Shown here: piece by piece, positions 1 through 10,627 of the stretch | Layout of the letters: each line of letters opens with the position of its first letter | How positions within the stretch are numbered: position 1 is the first letter of the stretch | Source of the DNA: an uncultured Gemmatimonadales bacterium | GTDB lineage: Bacteria > Gemmatimonadota > Gemmatimonadetes > Gemmatimonadales > GWC2-71-9 | Length of the DNA stretch: 64,000 nt | NCBI GenBank assembly: GCA_963844035.1 | Contig: CAWJMT010000002.1 | Coordinates: forward strand, 25,780-89,779 | Direction of reading: 5' to 3' | Position numbers and translations under genes: made by a program | Notes under the pieces: model-generated | Told to the model about the DNA's origin: nothing | Database searches by the model: none | The model's input: the letters and a program-made list of their open reading frames with translations, nothing else

Positions 1-1848
1 GATCCTCCACCCACGACGTCGAGTCTCCTTGGCGACGTCTCGCCCGACCTCGACACATCGCTGGAGATCGAGTCCACGAGCCTCGCCGATGAGCAGGTCG
101 CCGACGTGGATGGGGGCGTGTTGGAGGGGCTCGAGCCCACGGCGACCTTTTCCGACGCGGAGACTGAGTCGGAGGTGCCGTCGCTGCGGGACGACGTGTC
201 TGCCGCCGACGTCGAACCCCTCGCGGACTTTGAACCCACCACCCCGGCCGATGGCATCGAGGGTGCCCAGGCGGTGGAGGACGATGCGGGCGGCATGGTG
301 GACCTCGAGCCGCTGGTGGATGACGAGCTTGAGATCGAGGCGCCGCCGCCGCCTCCATCCAAGCCGTTTCGGCCGGGCGGTCCGAAACCCGGGTCGCCTC
401 CGCCCGCGCCGCAGAAGGTCGCGCCCGTGGTGCCGCGTCGGCCTGGGGCGCCACCGCCGCGGGTCAGTGCACCGAGCATTGAGGGACCCAAGGTCACGCC
501 GGTCATGCCGAAGCGTCCCACCCCTCCCGTGGTGCCGCCACCCAAGCGCAAGGGCGCGGTCGAGGTCCCGCTCCTCGAGCTCGAGCCGGACTTCGAATCC
601 GCATCGAGCCAGGACGTCGACAACGAGCCCCTGGTGGACCAAGGAACGAAGGGGTTCGTACAGACCGAGTTCGTCGACTCCGACACGGACGCTGGCGTGA
701 GTCGCGGCCGGCGTTCGGGATTCATCGACCTCGGAGTGGACGAGGCGGGTTCTGGCGACCAACCGGGCGCGTTGTCGTTCTCCCAAGTCGAAGCAGCTCC
801 CCTGCCGCCATCGATCGAGCAACTCGAGGGGTTGGTGGCCGACGACCCTGACGACCCCGAGGCGCATCGGGCCCTGGGTGAGGCGTTGATCGAAGCGGGG
901 GACCGCGAGCGCGGGATCGAGGAGTTGGACCACGCCACCGCGGGGTTCGAGAACCGGGGCGAGCTCGCGCAGGCGCAGGACTTGACCGATGAAATTCTTC
1001 GCCTGGACCCGAACAGTGTACGCCACCGGCAGAAGCTGGTGGAGTATGCCTTCAAGTCCGGTGACAAGGCCGCGCTGATCGATGCCTACCTCGAGCTGGC
1101 GGACACGCTGCTGCGTGGCGATCTGCCCGACAAAGCGCGAGCCGTCTACCAGCGGGTGGCCGAGCACGACCGGACCAACGAGCGGGCGAAGGCGGCGCTC
1201 GCGATGCTGGCGCCGGTGACGGCCCCCGCACCCGAGACCAAGCCGCAGTCCCGGGAGCCGCGCGTGGCGCCCAAGGACGCGAAGATGACGGTGCGCGATG
1301 AGCCGGGAGAGCACGGGGATTTCGTCGATCTCGGCGCCATGATTCTGGACGACGACAGCGCCGTCCAGCGCAATACACGGATGACCGTGGCGGATGAAGA
1401 GCCCACGGGCGACGAGGAAAAAGACTTTCGTGAGATGCTGGCTCGGTTCAAGCAGGGCATCGACGAGAACATCGAGGAAACCGATTTCCAGTCGCACTAC
1501 GACCTGGGCGTTGCGTTCAAGGAGATGGGCCTCCTGGACGAAGCGATCGCCGAGTTTCAGAAGGCACTGGCGGCACCGGAGGGAAAACTCCGGACGACCG
1601 AAGCCCTGGGGGCGTGCTTCATCGAGCGCCGCGCGTATGTCGTCGCCGAGTCCATCCTGCGGCGCGGGCTCGACCTGCCTGCCTCCGGTGACAAAGAGCG
1701 CCTTGGGGTGCTCTATTGGCTGGCGCGCGCGCTCGAAGAGGTGGGCAAGAAAGTCGAGGCGCGAGACCTGTACGGGCGCGTCTTCGCGGTCGACATCCGC
1801 TTCATGGACGTAGGGGAGCGCGTGAAGGCGCTGGCGAAGGCGAAGTAG
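1..1848 (+). CDS. TPR-repeat protein with acidic/Pro-rich N-terminal region; 5-prime end probably outside window
   Basis: Frame is open from nt 1 (listed ORF 106..1848). The C-terminal half has TPR-like helix pairs (AHRALGEALIEAGDRERGIEEL, YDLGVAFKEMGLLDEAIAEFQKAL). Confidence 0.6.
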   Translation, partial: DPPPTTSSLLGDVSPDLDTSLEIESTSLADEQVADVDGGVLEGLEPTATFSDAETESEVPSLRDDVSAADVEPLADFEPTTPADGIEGAQAVEDDAGGMVDLEPLVDDELEIEAPPPPPSKPFRPGGPKPGSPPPAPQKVAPVVPRRPGAPPPRVSAPSIEGPKVTPVMPKRPTPPVVPPPKRKGAVEVPLLELEPDFESASSQDVDNEPLVDQGTKGFVQTEFVDSDTDAGVSRGRRSGFIDLGVDEAGSGDQPGALSFSQVEAAPLPPSIEQLEGLVADDPDDPEAHRALGEALIEAGDRERGIEELDHATAGFENRGELAQAQDLTDEILRLDPNSVRHRQKLVEYAFKSGDKAALIDAYLELADTLLRGDLPDKARAVYQRVAEHDRTNERAKAALAMLAPVTAPAPETKPQSREPRVAPKDAKMTVRDEPGEHGDFVDLGAMILDDDSAVQRNTRMTVADEEPTGDEEKDFREMLARFKQGIDENIEETDFQSHYDLGVAFKEMGLLDEAIAEFQKALAAPEGKLRTTEALGACFIERRAYVVAESILRRGLDLPASGDKERLGVLYWLARALEEVGKKVEARDLYGRVFAVDIRFMDVGERVKALAKAK

Positions 1849-1849
1849 C

Positions 1850-2839
1850 ATGCAACCCCAGCTCGCACCTGTGTCCCTGTCCGATATCCAGCGGCCTATC
1901 GCCGGTGAGCTGGACGACGTCGTCACCGCGCTGCACCGCATCATCGTCGCGGATTTCCCGATCATCGCGTCGGCGAACGAGCACCTGCTACGGGTGAAGG
2001 GCAAGCTGTTCCGGCCCACGCTGCTGTTTCTCAGTCAGCGGGCGGCCGGCGTGCCGGAGCCGCGCGCCGTGACGCTGGCGGCGGTGGTCGAGCTGATCCA
2101 CCTCGCCACGCTGGTGCACGATGACGCGGTGGACCATTCTGTGCTGCGGCGCGGCATGCCCACGATCAACGCCCTGTTCTCCCATCAGGTTGCCGTGATC
2201 ATGGGCGACTACCTGTACTCCCGGGCGATCATCGAGCTTGTGAACCTGGGCGACCTGGAGCCGTTGCGCGTGTTCGGGCGGGTCACGAACGAGATGACGG
2301 TGGGGGAAATGCGCCAGCTGGAGGCGCACGACAAGTTGTCGTACAGCGAAGCGCAGTACGACCACCTGATTCGGGCGAAGACCGCGTCGCTGCTCTCGGG
2401 TGCGTGCGAGGTGGGTGCGCTCTCCGCGAGCCGCACCCGCCGGGAGGCGCTCGCCCGTTTTGGGATGCACCTGGGGATGGCGTTTCAAATCACGGATGAT
2501 TTGCTCGACTACACCCAGCCGGAAGAGATCACCGGGAAGCCGTTCGGCCTCGACCTGAAGGAGCACAAAGTGACCCTGCCGCTCATCGCCGCGCTCGACC
2601 GGATGGCCCCGGGGGACCGGCAGCTGGTGGCGCGTTTGATGGAAGCCCCCGATCCGTCCGACGACATTGTCGCGGATGTGATCCGGGCCGTGGAGGCGGC
2701 GGGCGGCCTGGAATACGCCCGGGGGCGTGCGCTCGAGCGGGCGCAGCAGGCGGAGGCCGATCTTGAAGCGCTGGCTCCCACTCCGGCGCGGGACGCGCTG
2801 CGGGACTGCATTACGTACGCCGTCGAGCGGCGCAGCTAA
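1850..2839 (+). CDS. trans-polyprenyl diphosphate synthase (IspB/octaprenyl-type)
   Basis: Intact 329-aa ORF with both Asp-rich motifs: LVHDDAVDHSVLRRG and FQITDDLLD. Confidence 0.9.
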   Translation: MQPQLAPVSLSDIQRPIAGELDDVVTALHRIIVADFPIIASANEHLLRVKGKLFRPTLLFLSQRAAGVPEPRAVTLAAVVELIHLATLVHDDAVDHSVLRRGMPTINALFSHQVAVIMGDYLYSRAIIELVNLGDLEPLRVFGRVTNEMTVGEMRQLEAHDKLSYSEAQYDHLIRAKTASLLSGACEVGALSASRTRREALARFGMHLGMAFQITDDLLDYTQPEEITGKPFGLDLKEHKVTLPLIAALDRMAPGDRQLVARLMEAPDPSDDIVADVIRAVEAAGGLEYARGRALERAQQAEADLEALAPTPARDALRDCITYAVERRS

Positions 2840-2842
2840 GCC

Positions 2843-3115
2843 GTGGCGCAAGGTCCTCGCCGGCCGCTATTTTACCTGGGGGTGCTCGCCGCCGGATTCG
2901 TCCTGGGCGGGTTCTTCCATGCGCTTCTCCGGCACTACCTGCCGCAGGGCGCCGCCAAGGAGTTTTTCACCACGGCCGTGACGCCGACCCTCGGGCCGGT
3001 ACATCTCGACCTCCTGGTGGTATCAATTACGCTCGGGCCGATCGGCTTCGATGTTTCGCTGCTGGCCCTCGTGGGGGTCGCGATCGCCTATTTTGTCGCT
3101 CGATCGCTCTTCTAA
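2843..3115 (+). CDS. small integral membrane protein (possibly DUF4321-like)
   Basis: 90-aa ORF with a GTG start and two hydrophobic segments, tightly packed after the synthase gene. Confidence 0.45.
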   Translation: MAQGPRRPLFYLGVLAAGFVLGGFFHALLRHYLPQGAAKEFFTTAVTPTLGPVHLDLLVVSITLGPIGFDVSLLALVGVAIAYFVARSLF

Positions 3116-3128
3116 GAGAGAGGCGTCT

Positions 3129-3368
3129 ATGCTTGGAGACCTGTCGTTCAGCCACATCCTGATCCTGCTGCTCGTCCTGGTGCTCGTGTTCGGGGCGAGG
3201 CGGATCCCGGAAATCGGGTCGTCGTTGGGCCAAGGCATCCGCGAGTTCAAGCGGAGTCTGAAGGAAGTCACCGATGACCGCCCCGAGCCGCGGAGCGTGC
3301 AGCCGCCCGCTCCCACGGCCTCGTCCTCGCTCCCTACGAGCGGGGACCCGAAGCGCCTCAACCAGTAG
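3129..3368 (+). CDS. tatA: twin-arginine translocase TatA/E family protein
   Basis: MLGDLSFSHILILLLVLVLVFGARRIPEIGSSLGQGIREFKRSLKE is a typical TatA N-terminus. ATG at 3129 lies inside ORF 3051..3368. Confidence 0.85.
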   Translation: MLGDLSFSHILILLLVLVLVFGARRIPEIGSSLGQGIREFKRSLKEVTDDRPEPRSVQPPAPTASSSLPTSGDPKRLNQ

Positions 3369-3390
3369 TCCCGCCCGGCGGACGTAGAGC

Positions 3391-3597
3391 GTGAGCGTGA
3401 GCGGGGGTGAGTTGGTGCTCCTGTTGCTGGTCGCGCTGCTCGCGCTCGGGGCCCGCCGGCTTCCCGAAGCCGGCGGCATGGTGGGGAAGGGACTACGCCA
3501 ATTCCACCGGGCGCTCAACGAGGCACGCGGCGCCATCAGCGACGATGCTCCCAGTCCACCCCGTCCGGCGAAGCGGCCGGAACGGCTGATCGACTGA
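3391..3597 (+). CDS. second TatA/TatB family protein
   Basis: GELVLLLLVALLALGARRLPEAGGMVGKGLRQFHRAL: TM helix, Gly hinge and amphipathic helix. GTG start. Confidence 0.75.
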   Translation: MSVSGGELVLLLLVALLALGARRLPEAGGMVGKGLRQFHRALNEARGAISDDAPSPPRPAKRPERLID

Positions 3598-3613
3598 GGG
3601 TGTGCCCGGGCGG

Positions 3614-5431
3614 CTAGCTGCCGCTCGAGGCCGCCTGCGTAAACAGCTCTTTCCGGCGGTCCACAATCTTGGCCCGCTCCCGCAGGGCCGCCACGTACGC
3701 CTGGACGCGCGCCTGCCGGGCGATTTGCATGAGGCCCTCCCGCTGCTGGTCCTTCTGCCTGGCCCATGTCGCCGAATCCGGGTGTGAGTGGCTCAGCGCT
3801 TCCACGAAGTAGAACCCCGTCTGGCTCTTGATGACGCCCGAGCGCGTTCCGGGTTTGAGCCCGAATGCGGCCCCGATGACGAGCGGATCAGGCCGGATAA
3901 ACGCCGGCGGCGCGAGCCGAGGGAAGGGCCCGACTTTCTGGACGCTCAGGCCGTGTGCGGGTCCCATCTGCAGCAGGCTGCCCTTGTCGCCGAGGGCTTG
4001 CGCGATCTCCCCGGCGCGGCGCTCCGCTGCCTGACGCTTCTTGTCCAACCGGGCCGCGCTCGCGACGCGGTCGCGGATGTCTGCCAGCGGCGGAGTCCCC
4101 GCCGGCGCCAAGGAGTCGAGCCGGAAGACGTAGTAGGCCGGGGCTGCCTCGATCACCGGGCTGGTTTCCCCGACCCGTCCCTCGAACGCCCACACGCTCA
4201 CGTCGGGAATGGCGTAACGGCCGAGCGTCAAGCGATCGCCTTCGACCAGGCGCGTTTGTGCGACCGGCAGTCCCAATTTTTGCGCGACGCCGTCGAGCGC
4301 CGTCCCGTCGGTCTGTTCAGCCGCGAGCTTGTCCAGCGTGTCGGCCCGGGCTTCGACATAGTCGAGATGGTCGCCCGTCAGCTCGATGGGGATGAGAATG
4401 TGGCGGACGTGCAGTGAATCGCCCTTGATGGCGTCGAGCCGGATGAGGTGATAGCCGTAGTTCGTAAGGACCGGCTGGCTGAGCGCTCCCGGTGTCAGCC
4501 GGCGCACGCCCTCCATGAACTGCGGATCAAATCCAGGTTCGTCGCGCTTGATCCAATCCAGGTCCCCGCCGCGCGAACCGCTGGCGGTGTCGGCCGACTC
4601 GCGTTTGGCTACGTCTTCGAACTTGGCGCCCTTCGCGATCTCCGCGCGAATTTTCAGCACACGCTCCATTGCGGCGGCGCTGTCTCGGGCGTACGGCTGG
4701 CGGGGAAGGGCCATATAGCTGAGCGACGCGACCGCCGGCCGCTTGAAGTCCGCCGTGTGGTTGCGGTAGTACTGCTCGACCTCCGCATCCGAGACGGGAG
4801 CATCGTCGTCCGAGATCTGTTCGGGGCGGACCGCGGCCACCACGGCCGTCACGGATTCGTGCTGGTCGCGGTAGATCCGCCACAGCTTCGGGTCGGAGAC
4901 GTACACGTCCGCGGTGAGGTACTGGATCAACTTTGCCTGGGGGATCTGCTCGCGGTAGCGCGACTCGAGCGAACGCAGGAAGTCCGGGTCGCTGGCCGAC
5001 GCGATGTAGCGCTGCCACTTGGTGATGTCGAACTGGCCGTTGGTCTGAAATTCGGAGGACTGCATCACTTCGGGTGGCGGGGAGCTTTGCGCCGCCTGAA
5101 TGACTTCCTGATCGGTGACGGAGATCCCGAGTTTGCGGTACTGGCGGTCGAGCAACAGCAACTGAGTGAGTTGATCCACGACCTGGTTCTGCGCCTGCTG
5201 CTCTTCCTCGCGGGTGAGTGAGCCGCCGGTTTGGCGGCGCACCTGCTCGTACGCGGACTGCAGCGCCGCGTTGTACTCGGTGAGCCGCACATCCCGGCCG
5301 TCGACTCTGAGAACGACGTCACGTGCGCCCTGGAAGATTTCGGTCACCTGCCCGTACGCGAGCCAGCCGATGAAGGTGATGGCGACCACCCAGAAAACGG
5401 GCTTTGCGATTTCGCGCATCGTGCGCATCAT
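3614..5431 (-). CDS. ppiD: periplasmic chaperone/peptidyl-prolyl isomerase, PpiD-like (SurA_N plus parvulin domain)
   Basis: Intact ORF 3614..5485; the likely start is the MM pair at 5431. N-terminal TM segment (KPVFWVVAITFIGWLAY) and parvulin motif (GYHLIRLD). Confidence 0.75.
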   Translation of the reverse strand: MMRTMREIAKPVFWVVAITFIGWLAYGQVTEIFQGARDVVLRVDGRDVRLTEYNAALQSAYEQVRRQTGGSLTREEEQQAQNQVVDQLTQLLLLDRQYRKLGISVTDQEVIQAAQSSPPPEVMQSSEFQTNGQFDITKWQRYIASASDPDFLRSLESRYREQIPQAKLIQYLTADVYVSDPKLWRIYRDQHESVTAVVAAVRPEQISDDDAPVSDAEVEQYYRNHTADFKRPAVASLSYMALPRQPYARDSAAAMERVLKIRAEIAKGAKFEDVAKRESADTASGSRGGDLDWIKRDEPGFDPQFMEGVRRLTPGALSQPVLTNYGYHLIRLDAIKGDSLHVRHILIPIELTGDHLDYVEARADTLDKLAAEQTDGTALDGVAQKLGLPVAQTRLVEGDRLTLGRYAIPDVSVWAFEGRVGETSPVIEAAPAYYVFRLDSLAPAGTPPLADIRDRVASAARLDKKRQAAERRAGEIAQALGDKGSLLQMGPAHGLSVQKVGPFPRLAPPAFIRPDPLVIGAAFGLKPGTRSGVIKSQTGFYFVEALSHSHPDSATWARQKDQQREGLMQIARQARVQAYVAALRERAKIVDRRKELFTQAASSGS

Positions 5432-5518
5432 GCGGTCTTGACTCCTGCTCTGGGTGGGGAAGGGCCATAAGTCTATAAACCGCAACGAGCAAACTCAAGC
5501 GACGGCGACTGTTTCCGA

Positions 5519-5548
5519 TTGACAGCGCCGCCCGGCGTTCACTATCTT
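5519..5548 (+). promoter_or_regulatory. candidate sigma70-type promoter
   Basis: TTGACA (5519-5524), 18-nt spacer, TATCTT (5543-5548), about 28 nt upstream of the GTG at 5576 in the ppiD/TPR divergent intergenic region. Confidence 0.35.
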
Positions 5549-5575
5549 CGTTCAATTCCCACAAAGACTTAGGCC

Positions 5576-7299
5576 GTGGCTCACGCCAGCGAGATCGAGA
5601 AGCTCGAGCGACGCTATGCAGAGAACCCGAAGGGGCGGAATTTCGCGCCCCTGGCAGACGCCTATCGTAAGGCGGGACAACTAGATCAGGCCATCGAACT
5701 GTGTACGAGCGGCCTGGAGCGCCACCCCGACTACGTCAGCGCCTACATCGTATACGGTCGTTGCCTGATTGACCAGCACAACGACGCCGAAGCAGGGACG
5801 ACGTTCCGCAAGGTGCTGGATCTCGACCCCGAAAACGTCATCGCCTTCAAGGTTTTGGCGGAGATCGGTACCCGGGGCGGTCGGCTGGATGAGGCGGTGC
5901 TGTGGCTGACCAAGCTGTTGTCCGCCGACCCGATGAACGGGGAGGCGGCTGAAGCGCTCGCCGCGGCCAAAGGGAAGGTTGCCCTCGCCGCGAAGACCCC
6001 TGCGCCGGTTGCTCCTCCTCCACCGCCACCCCGGCCCCCGGCCCCACCCCAGCCCCCTGTGGCTTCCGCGCCTGCGCCGGCCGCAGCCCCTGCGAAGGCA
6101 CCACGGCCGACCCCGGCACCTCCCCCGGCACCGCCGCCGCTACCCGCTGCTCCGGTGGTGGGCGACATGGCCGACTTCATCCGTGAAGAGGAGCCGTTAC
6201 AGGCGTCCGACATTCAGCTCCAGGGCCAGGGTCAGCGGGCCGCGTCCGGCATTGAGGTCTATGACGGCACGATCGACTTCAGCGGGATATCGACCAACAA
6301 CTCGGCACGGGAAGACGGTATCGAGATCCAGGAAGAGATTGTCATGCAGGCCGACGAGATCCACGTAGAAGGGCTGGCAAGCTCGCAATACGAGGCGAGT
6401 GGCCTCTTCAAGCCGGATTCGGAGCTCGTGGCGGATTCGGAGCCGGTCGCAGGTTTGGAGCCCCAGGAGGAGGATCTCGGCACGGTGGACCTTCCGCTCA
6501 TCATGCCGGACGCGGAGGAGGCGGCACCACCGCGAGTGGAGTGGGAGGCCCCGGCCGAGGTTGTGCCGGCGCGACGGACGCCGTTTCCCCCGAGCCCTCC
6601 GCCCGCGGCGGTGACGCTCTCGGACGACGATGGCGCGGCGGACACCGCGGCCCTGTCGCGAGCTGAGCCGGTGCTGACGGAGACGATGGCCGAGTTGTTT
6701 CTACGGCAGGGACACCAGGAGGAGGCGCTGCGGGTGTACCAGGCGCTGCAGGCGCTCCGCCCGGATGACCGGCGGTTGCAGTCCAAGGTGGCGGCGCTCT
6801 ACCGGTGGGGGTCCGGGCAATTCGGGACGGAGCAGCGGCCCGGTCTCGAGCGGCCAAACGGTGCAGGCGTTCCTGAAGGGGATTCTGGCGAGCAAGCCCG
6901 GCACGGCGGCGGGGCGGGATTCTGGCGCGGCGTCACCGCCGGCGCCGGCCTTCGCCGCGCCCGCCGGCGGACTCGCCCGGGGAGCCCACGCGCGCTGCCG
7001 AGGACGACCTTTCGCTGGACCAGGTGTTTGGCGACGACGCGTCCAGTGCGCCCGCTCCACGGCCAGCGGGCACGCCACCCTCCGCAGCCTCACCGGCTCC
7101 GTCCGCGCCGGGCACGGCGGCGCCCGGGGGATTTTCGTTCGATGAGTTCTTCAACGCGGGCGGCGCGCCGGGGTCCGCCGCGGCGCCGGCCGCGCCGAGC
7201 TCCGCCCCGCAGGCGTCGGGCTCGCGGGCCCGGCCCTCGATGGAAGAGGACAGCGACCTGGACCAGTTTCAGAACTGGCTCAAGGGTCTCAAGTCCTAG
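5576..7299 (+). CDS. TPR protein with long Pro/Ala-rich linker; reading frame broken about twice
   Basis: The N-terminus is TPR-like. The sensible frame moves from the 5576 frame (to about 6800) to the 6765 frame (to about 6955) to the 7024 frame, which ends ...[14 protein letters not shown] at 7299. The rest of the listed 746-aa ORF is Arg-rich out-of-frame read-through over aroQ. Confidence 0.6.
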
Positions 7300-7745
7300 T
7301 GCACATCGCGGTCCTGAACGGCCCCAATCTGAATCTGTTGGGAGAGCGCGAGCCGGAGGTATACGGGCGCGCGACGCTTCAGGAGATCGAAACAGCGACT
7401 CGCGCGCAAGCGCGCGCGCTCGGCGTCGACTGCAGTTGGACCCAGACCAATCACGAAGGCGAGCTCGTGGAGGCGATCCAGGGTCTCCGCGGCAAGGCGG
7501 ACGGGGCCGTCATCAACGCGGCGGCGTTTACGCACACCAGCCTCGCGGTGCGCGATGCGCTGCTGGCGGTGAAGGTGCCGTTCGTCGAAGTCCACCTGTC
7601 GAACATTTTCGCGCGGGAGCCGGAGCGGCACCGCTCGCTCCTCGCGGACGTGGCGATCGGGGTGGTCACCGGGTTCGGGCCGGACAGTTATCGGATGGGA
7701 CTCGAGGGCATCGTTCGCCATCTCGCGGCCCGGCGTGGGCGCTGA
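7299..7745 (+). CDS. aroQ: type II 3-dehydroquinate dehydratase
   Basis: [21 protein letters not shown] ... [15 protein letters not shown]; intact 148 aa. Confidence 0.95.
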   Translation: MHIAVLNGPNLNLLGEREPEVYGRATLQEIETATRAQARALGVDCSWTQTNHEGELVEAIQGLRGKADGAVINAAAFTHTSLAVRDALLAVKVPFVEVHLSNIFAREPERHRSLLADVAIGVVTGFGPDSYRMGLEGIVRHLAARRGR

Positions 7746-8830
7746 CCCGCGGCGTCCCCGCCACGAGGCGCTCGTCCGGGCGCTCGAGGCGGCGGAGCTG
7801 GACGCGCTGCTGGTGACGTCGCGCGCCAATGTCCGCTACCTCACGGGGTTCAGCGGGTCGGCGGCACTGGCGGTGGCGACACGGGCGGATCTGCTGCTCG
7901 TCACCGACTTCCGGTACGACGAACAGGCTCGCGCCGAGGCGGGAGCGGTGGCGCGAGTGGAGGTGGACGGCGCGAGCGTGTGGGACCGCCTGTTTCGCGA
8001 GCTGCCCACGCTCGGTCCGCTCGCCTGCATCGGCTACGAAGCACAGGCGCTCACGGTGAAGGATGCCGAGCGACTGGCGCAGGCCGGGAAGTCCTGGCGC
8101 TGGACCGCGACGAGCGACCTGGTCGAGCGGCTGCGGGCGAGCAAGGATCCGGGTGAAGTGGCGGCGATCCGTGGTGCGGCAACACTCGCGGGCGAAGCCC
8201 TGGAGGCGGCGCTCGCGCATGTCGGTGTCGGCATGAGCGAGATCGAGATCGCGGGGATTCTGGAAGGGCAGCTGCGGCGGCTGGGCAGCGAGGGCCATCC
8301 ATTTCCGACCATCGTGGCCTCGGGACCGCGTACGGCGCTGCCCCACGCTCGCTCCAGCAAGCGAACCGTAGCGGCGGGAGAGTGGCTGCTGCTAGACTTT
8401 GGGGCTCAAGTCGACGGCTATTGCGCCGACATCACGCGTACGGTGGTTGTCGGGGATCGCGCCAACGACCGCCAGCGGACCCTGTACGATCTGGTGCATG
8501 CGGCGCAGCTGCGGGCACGGTCCGGGCATTCGCGCGGGGATGCCCGGGTGCGAGGCGGACGCGCTGGCGCGCGACCTGATCGAAGCCCGAGGGTTCGGGG
8601 AGGCGTTCGGCCATTCGCTGGGGCACGGCCTGGGTCTCGAGGTGCATGAGGCGCCGCGCCTGTCCAAGACCAATCCCGAACCGTTGCCGGTGGACGCGGT
8701 GGTCACGATCGAGCCGGGCGTCTACGTCCCCGGGCAGGGCGGTGTGCGGATCGAAGACGATGTGTACCTGGGGAGCGACGGTCCGGTGCTGTTGTCGAAC
8801 GGGCGCACGGAATTGACGGAGTTGGTCTAG
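7735..8830 (+). CDS. Xaa-Pro aminopeptidase / M24 family peptidase; one apparent frameshift near 8500-8530
   Basis: The N-terminal creatinase-like part is in ORF 7735..8649 ([13 protein letters not shown]). The metal-binding C-terminus is in ORF 8399..8830 ([37 protein letters not shown]). Confidence 0.85.
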
Positions 8831-8942
8831 GGGCGGATTGACGGGCGGCTCCCGTGGGTAGTCTATTACCAGCGGCTGCGGGCCGGAACGCCGCCGAGTT
8901 CACCTCGCAGGGGGACGATCGCGTGGAGCGCTGCACAGCGGC

Positions 8943-9468
8943 ATGAACTTGGACATTATCGCGCGGCTGGTGCAGATCCTCCGGGACGCCCCGGAGTTGG
9001 GCGCCATCGAAGTGCGCCGGGGCCTGTTCGGGGCCTGGTCTGCCGTGCGAGTGTCGCGCGCCGGGCATGCGTCGGGCTCGGGTGATCACGTGGTGGTGGC
9101 GCACGCTTCGACCAGTCCCACCAGCCCACCCGAGCGGGGCACCGCCCGAGCGGAAGGGCGCGCGGACGGGGCGCCCGGCGGGGCAGGGGGAGGGGCGCCG
9201 CGCGCCGGCTCGCGGCGGCCCCGCACTGCTCGAGATCAAGTCACCGATGGTGGGGACGTTTTACGGCGCGCCCCAGCCGGGCGCTGAGCCGTACGTCAAA
9301 GTCGGCAGCCGCGTCGCGACCGGGCAGGTCGTCTGCATTATCGAAGCGATGAAGATCATGAATGAAATCGAGTCCGAGATCCAGGGCGTGATCAAGGAAG
9401 TGTGCTTGGACAGCGCGCAGCCCGTGGAGTTCGGCCAGACCCTCTTCCGAGTGGACCCGCATGGCTGA
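8943..9468 (+). CDS. accB: biotin carboxyl carrier protein of acetyl-CoA carboxylase; apparent frameshift in the linker
   Basis: The N-terminus (MNLDIIARLVQILRDAPELGAIEV) is in frame 8943. The biotinyl domain (EAMKIMNEIE) is in frame 9067..9468. Confidence 0.85.
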
Positions 9469-10627
9469 AGCACCGCAGGGCGCCCAGTTCAACTTCAAGC
9501 AGGCCATCACGCAGATGGTGCAGCGCAACGGCTCCGACCTGCTGCTCAAGGTCGGCAGGCCGGCGACCATCCGCGTGAACGGCGATCTCGTCGGCCTCGA
9601 GACCCAGCCCCTCAAGCCGGAAGAGCTGAAATCGCTCGCCGAGCAGATCATGACCCCGCGTCAGGTGAAGGAGTTCGCCGAGCACAAGGAAGCCGACTTC
9701 GCGATCGGGGTGCCCGGGGTTGGCCGGTTCCGCACCAACGTCTACCAGCAGCGCGGCACCGTCGCGTTCGCATTCCGGGCGATTCCGTACGAGGTCAAGT
9801 CCATCAAGGACCTCGATCTCCCACCGGTGCTCGCCGAAATCGCCGCCCGGCCCAGAGGCCTGGTGCTGGTCACCGGCGTGACCGGGTCGGGTAAGTCCAC
9901 CGCCCTGGCGGCGCTGATCAACCACATCAACTCCACGCGGCGGGTCAACATCATCACGATCGAAGACCCGATCGAGTTCCTGCACCGCGACAATCTCGCG
10001 AACATTTCGCAGCGCGAGGTGGGCAACGACACGTTGTCGTTCAATTCGGCGCTGCGCCACGTGCTGCGGCAGGACCCCGACGTGATCCTGATCGGCGAGA
10101 TTCGCGACATGGACACGCTGGACACGGCGCTCAAGGCGGCCGATACCGGTCACCTCGTGTTCTCGACCCTGCACACGACCGACGCCACCCAGACGATCAA
10201 CCGCGTGATCTCGTTTTTCCCGCCGCACCAGCACGAAGAAATCCGCCACCTCCTGTCCACGGCACTCCAGGCCGTCGTGTCGCTCCGCCTGGTGCCGCGC
10301 AGCGACGGACGGGGCCGTGTGCCGGCCGCCGAGGTGCTCATCAACACCGCCGCGGTGCAGGACAACATCCGCGACGTCAAGAAGCAGCTCTCGATTCCCG
10401 ACCTGATCGCGGATGGCTCCATCCAGTACGGAATGCAGAGCTTCGATCAGTCGCTGTTTCAATGGTTTCAGCAGGGCGTGATCAGTTACGAGAGCGCGGT
10501 CTTCTACGCCACCAACCCCAGCGAGTTCGCGCTCAAGGTGTCGGGTGTGGATTCGGCAGCGAGCAAGGCGTTCGGCGGTTCGTCGGGCGGAGCGGCAGGC
10601 CGGATCGCGACCGACCTGACCCCCTGA
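9461..10627 (+). CDS. pilT: type IV pilus retraction ATPase PilT family
   Basis: Intact 388 aa with Walker A ([14 protein letters not shown]), [10 protein letters not shown], and [15 protein letters not shown]. Overlaps the accB stop by 8 nt, and its TGA overlaps the accC ATG. Confidence 0.9.
   Translation: MAEAPQGAQFNFKQAITQMVQRNGSDLLLKVGRPATIRVNGDLVGLETQPLKPEELKSLAEQIMTPRQVKEFAEHKEADFAIGVPGVGRFRTNVYQQRGTVAFAFRAIPYEVKSIKDLDLPPVLAEIAARPRGLVLVTGVTGSGKSTALAALINHINSTRRVNIITIEDPIEFLHRDNLANISQREVGNDTLSFNSALRHVLRQDPDVILIGEIRDMDTLDTALKAADTGHLVFSTLHTTDATQTINRVISFFPPHQHEEIRHLLSTALQAVVSLRLVPRSDGRGRVPAAEVLINTAAVQDNIRDVKKQLSIPDLIADGSIQYGMQSFDQSLFQWFQQGVISYESAVFYATNPSEFALKVSGVDSAASKAFGGSSGGAAGRIATDLTP

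Noticed and set aside
5576-7816. Listed 746-aa ORF taken as one protein
   Set aside because: After about nt 6800 it becomes Arg/Pro-rich nonsense and runs through aroQ in the wrong frame. The biologically sensible product switches frames and ends at 7299.
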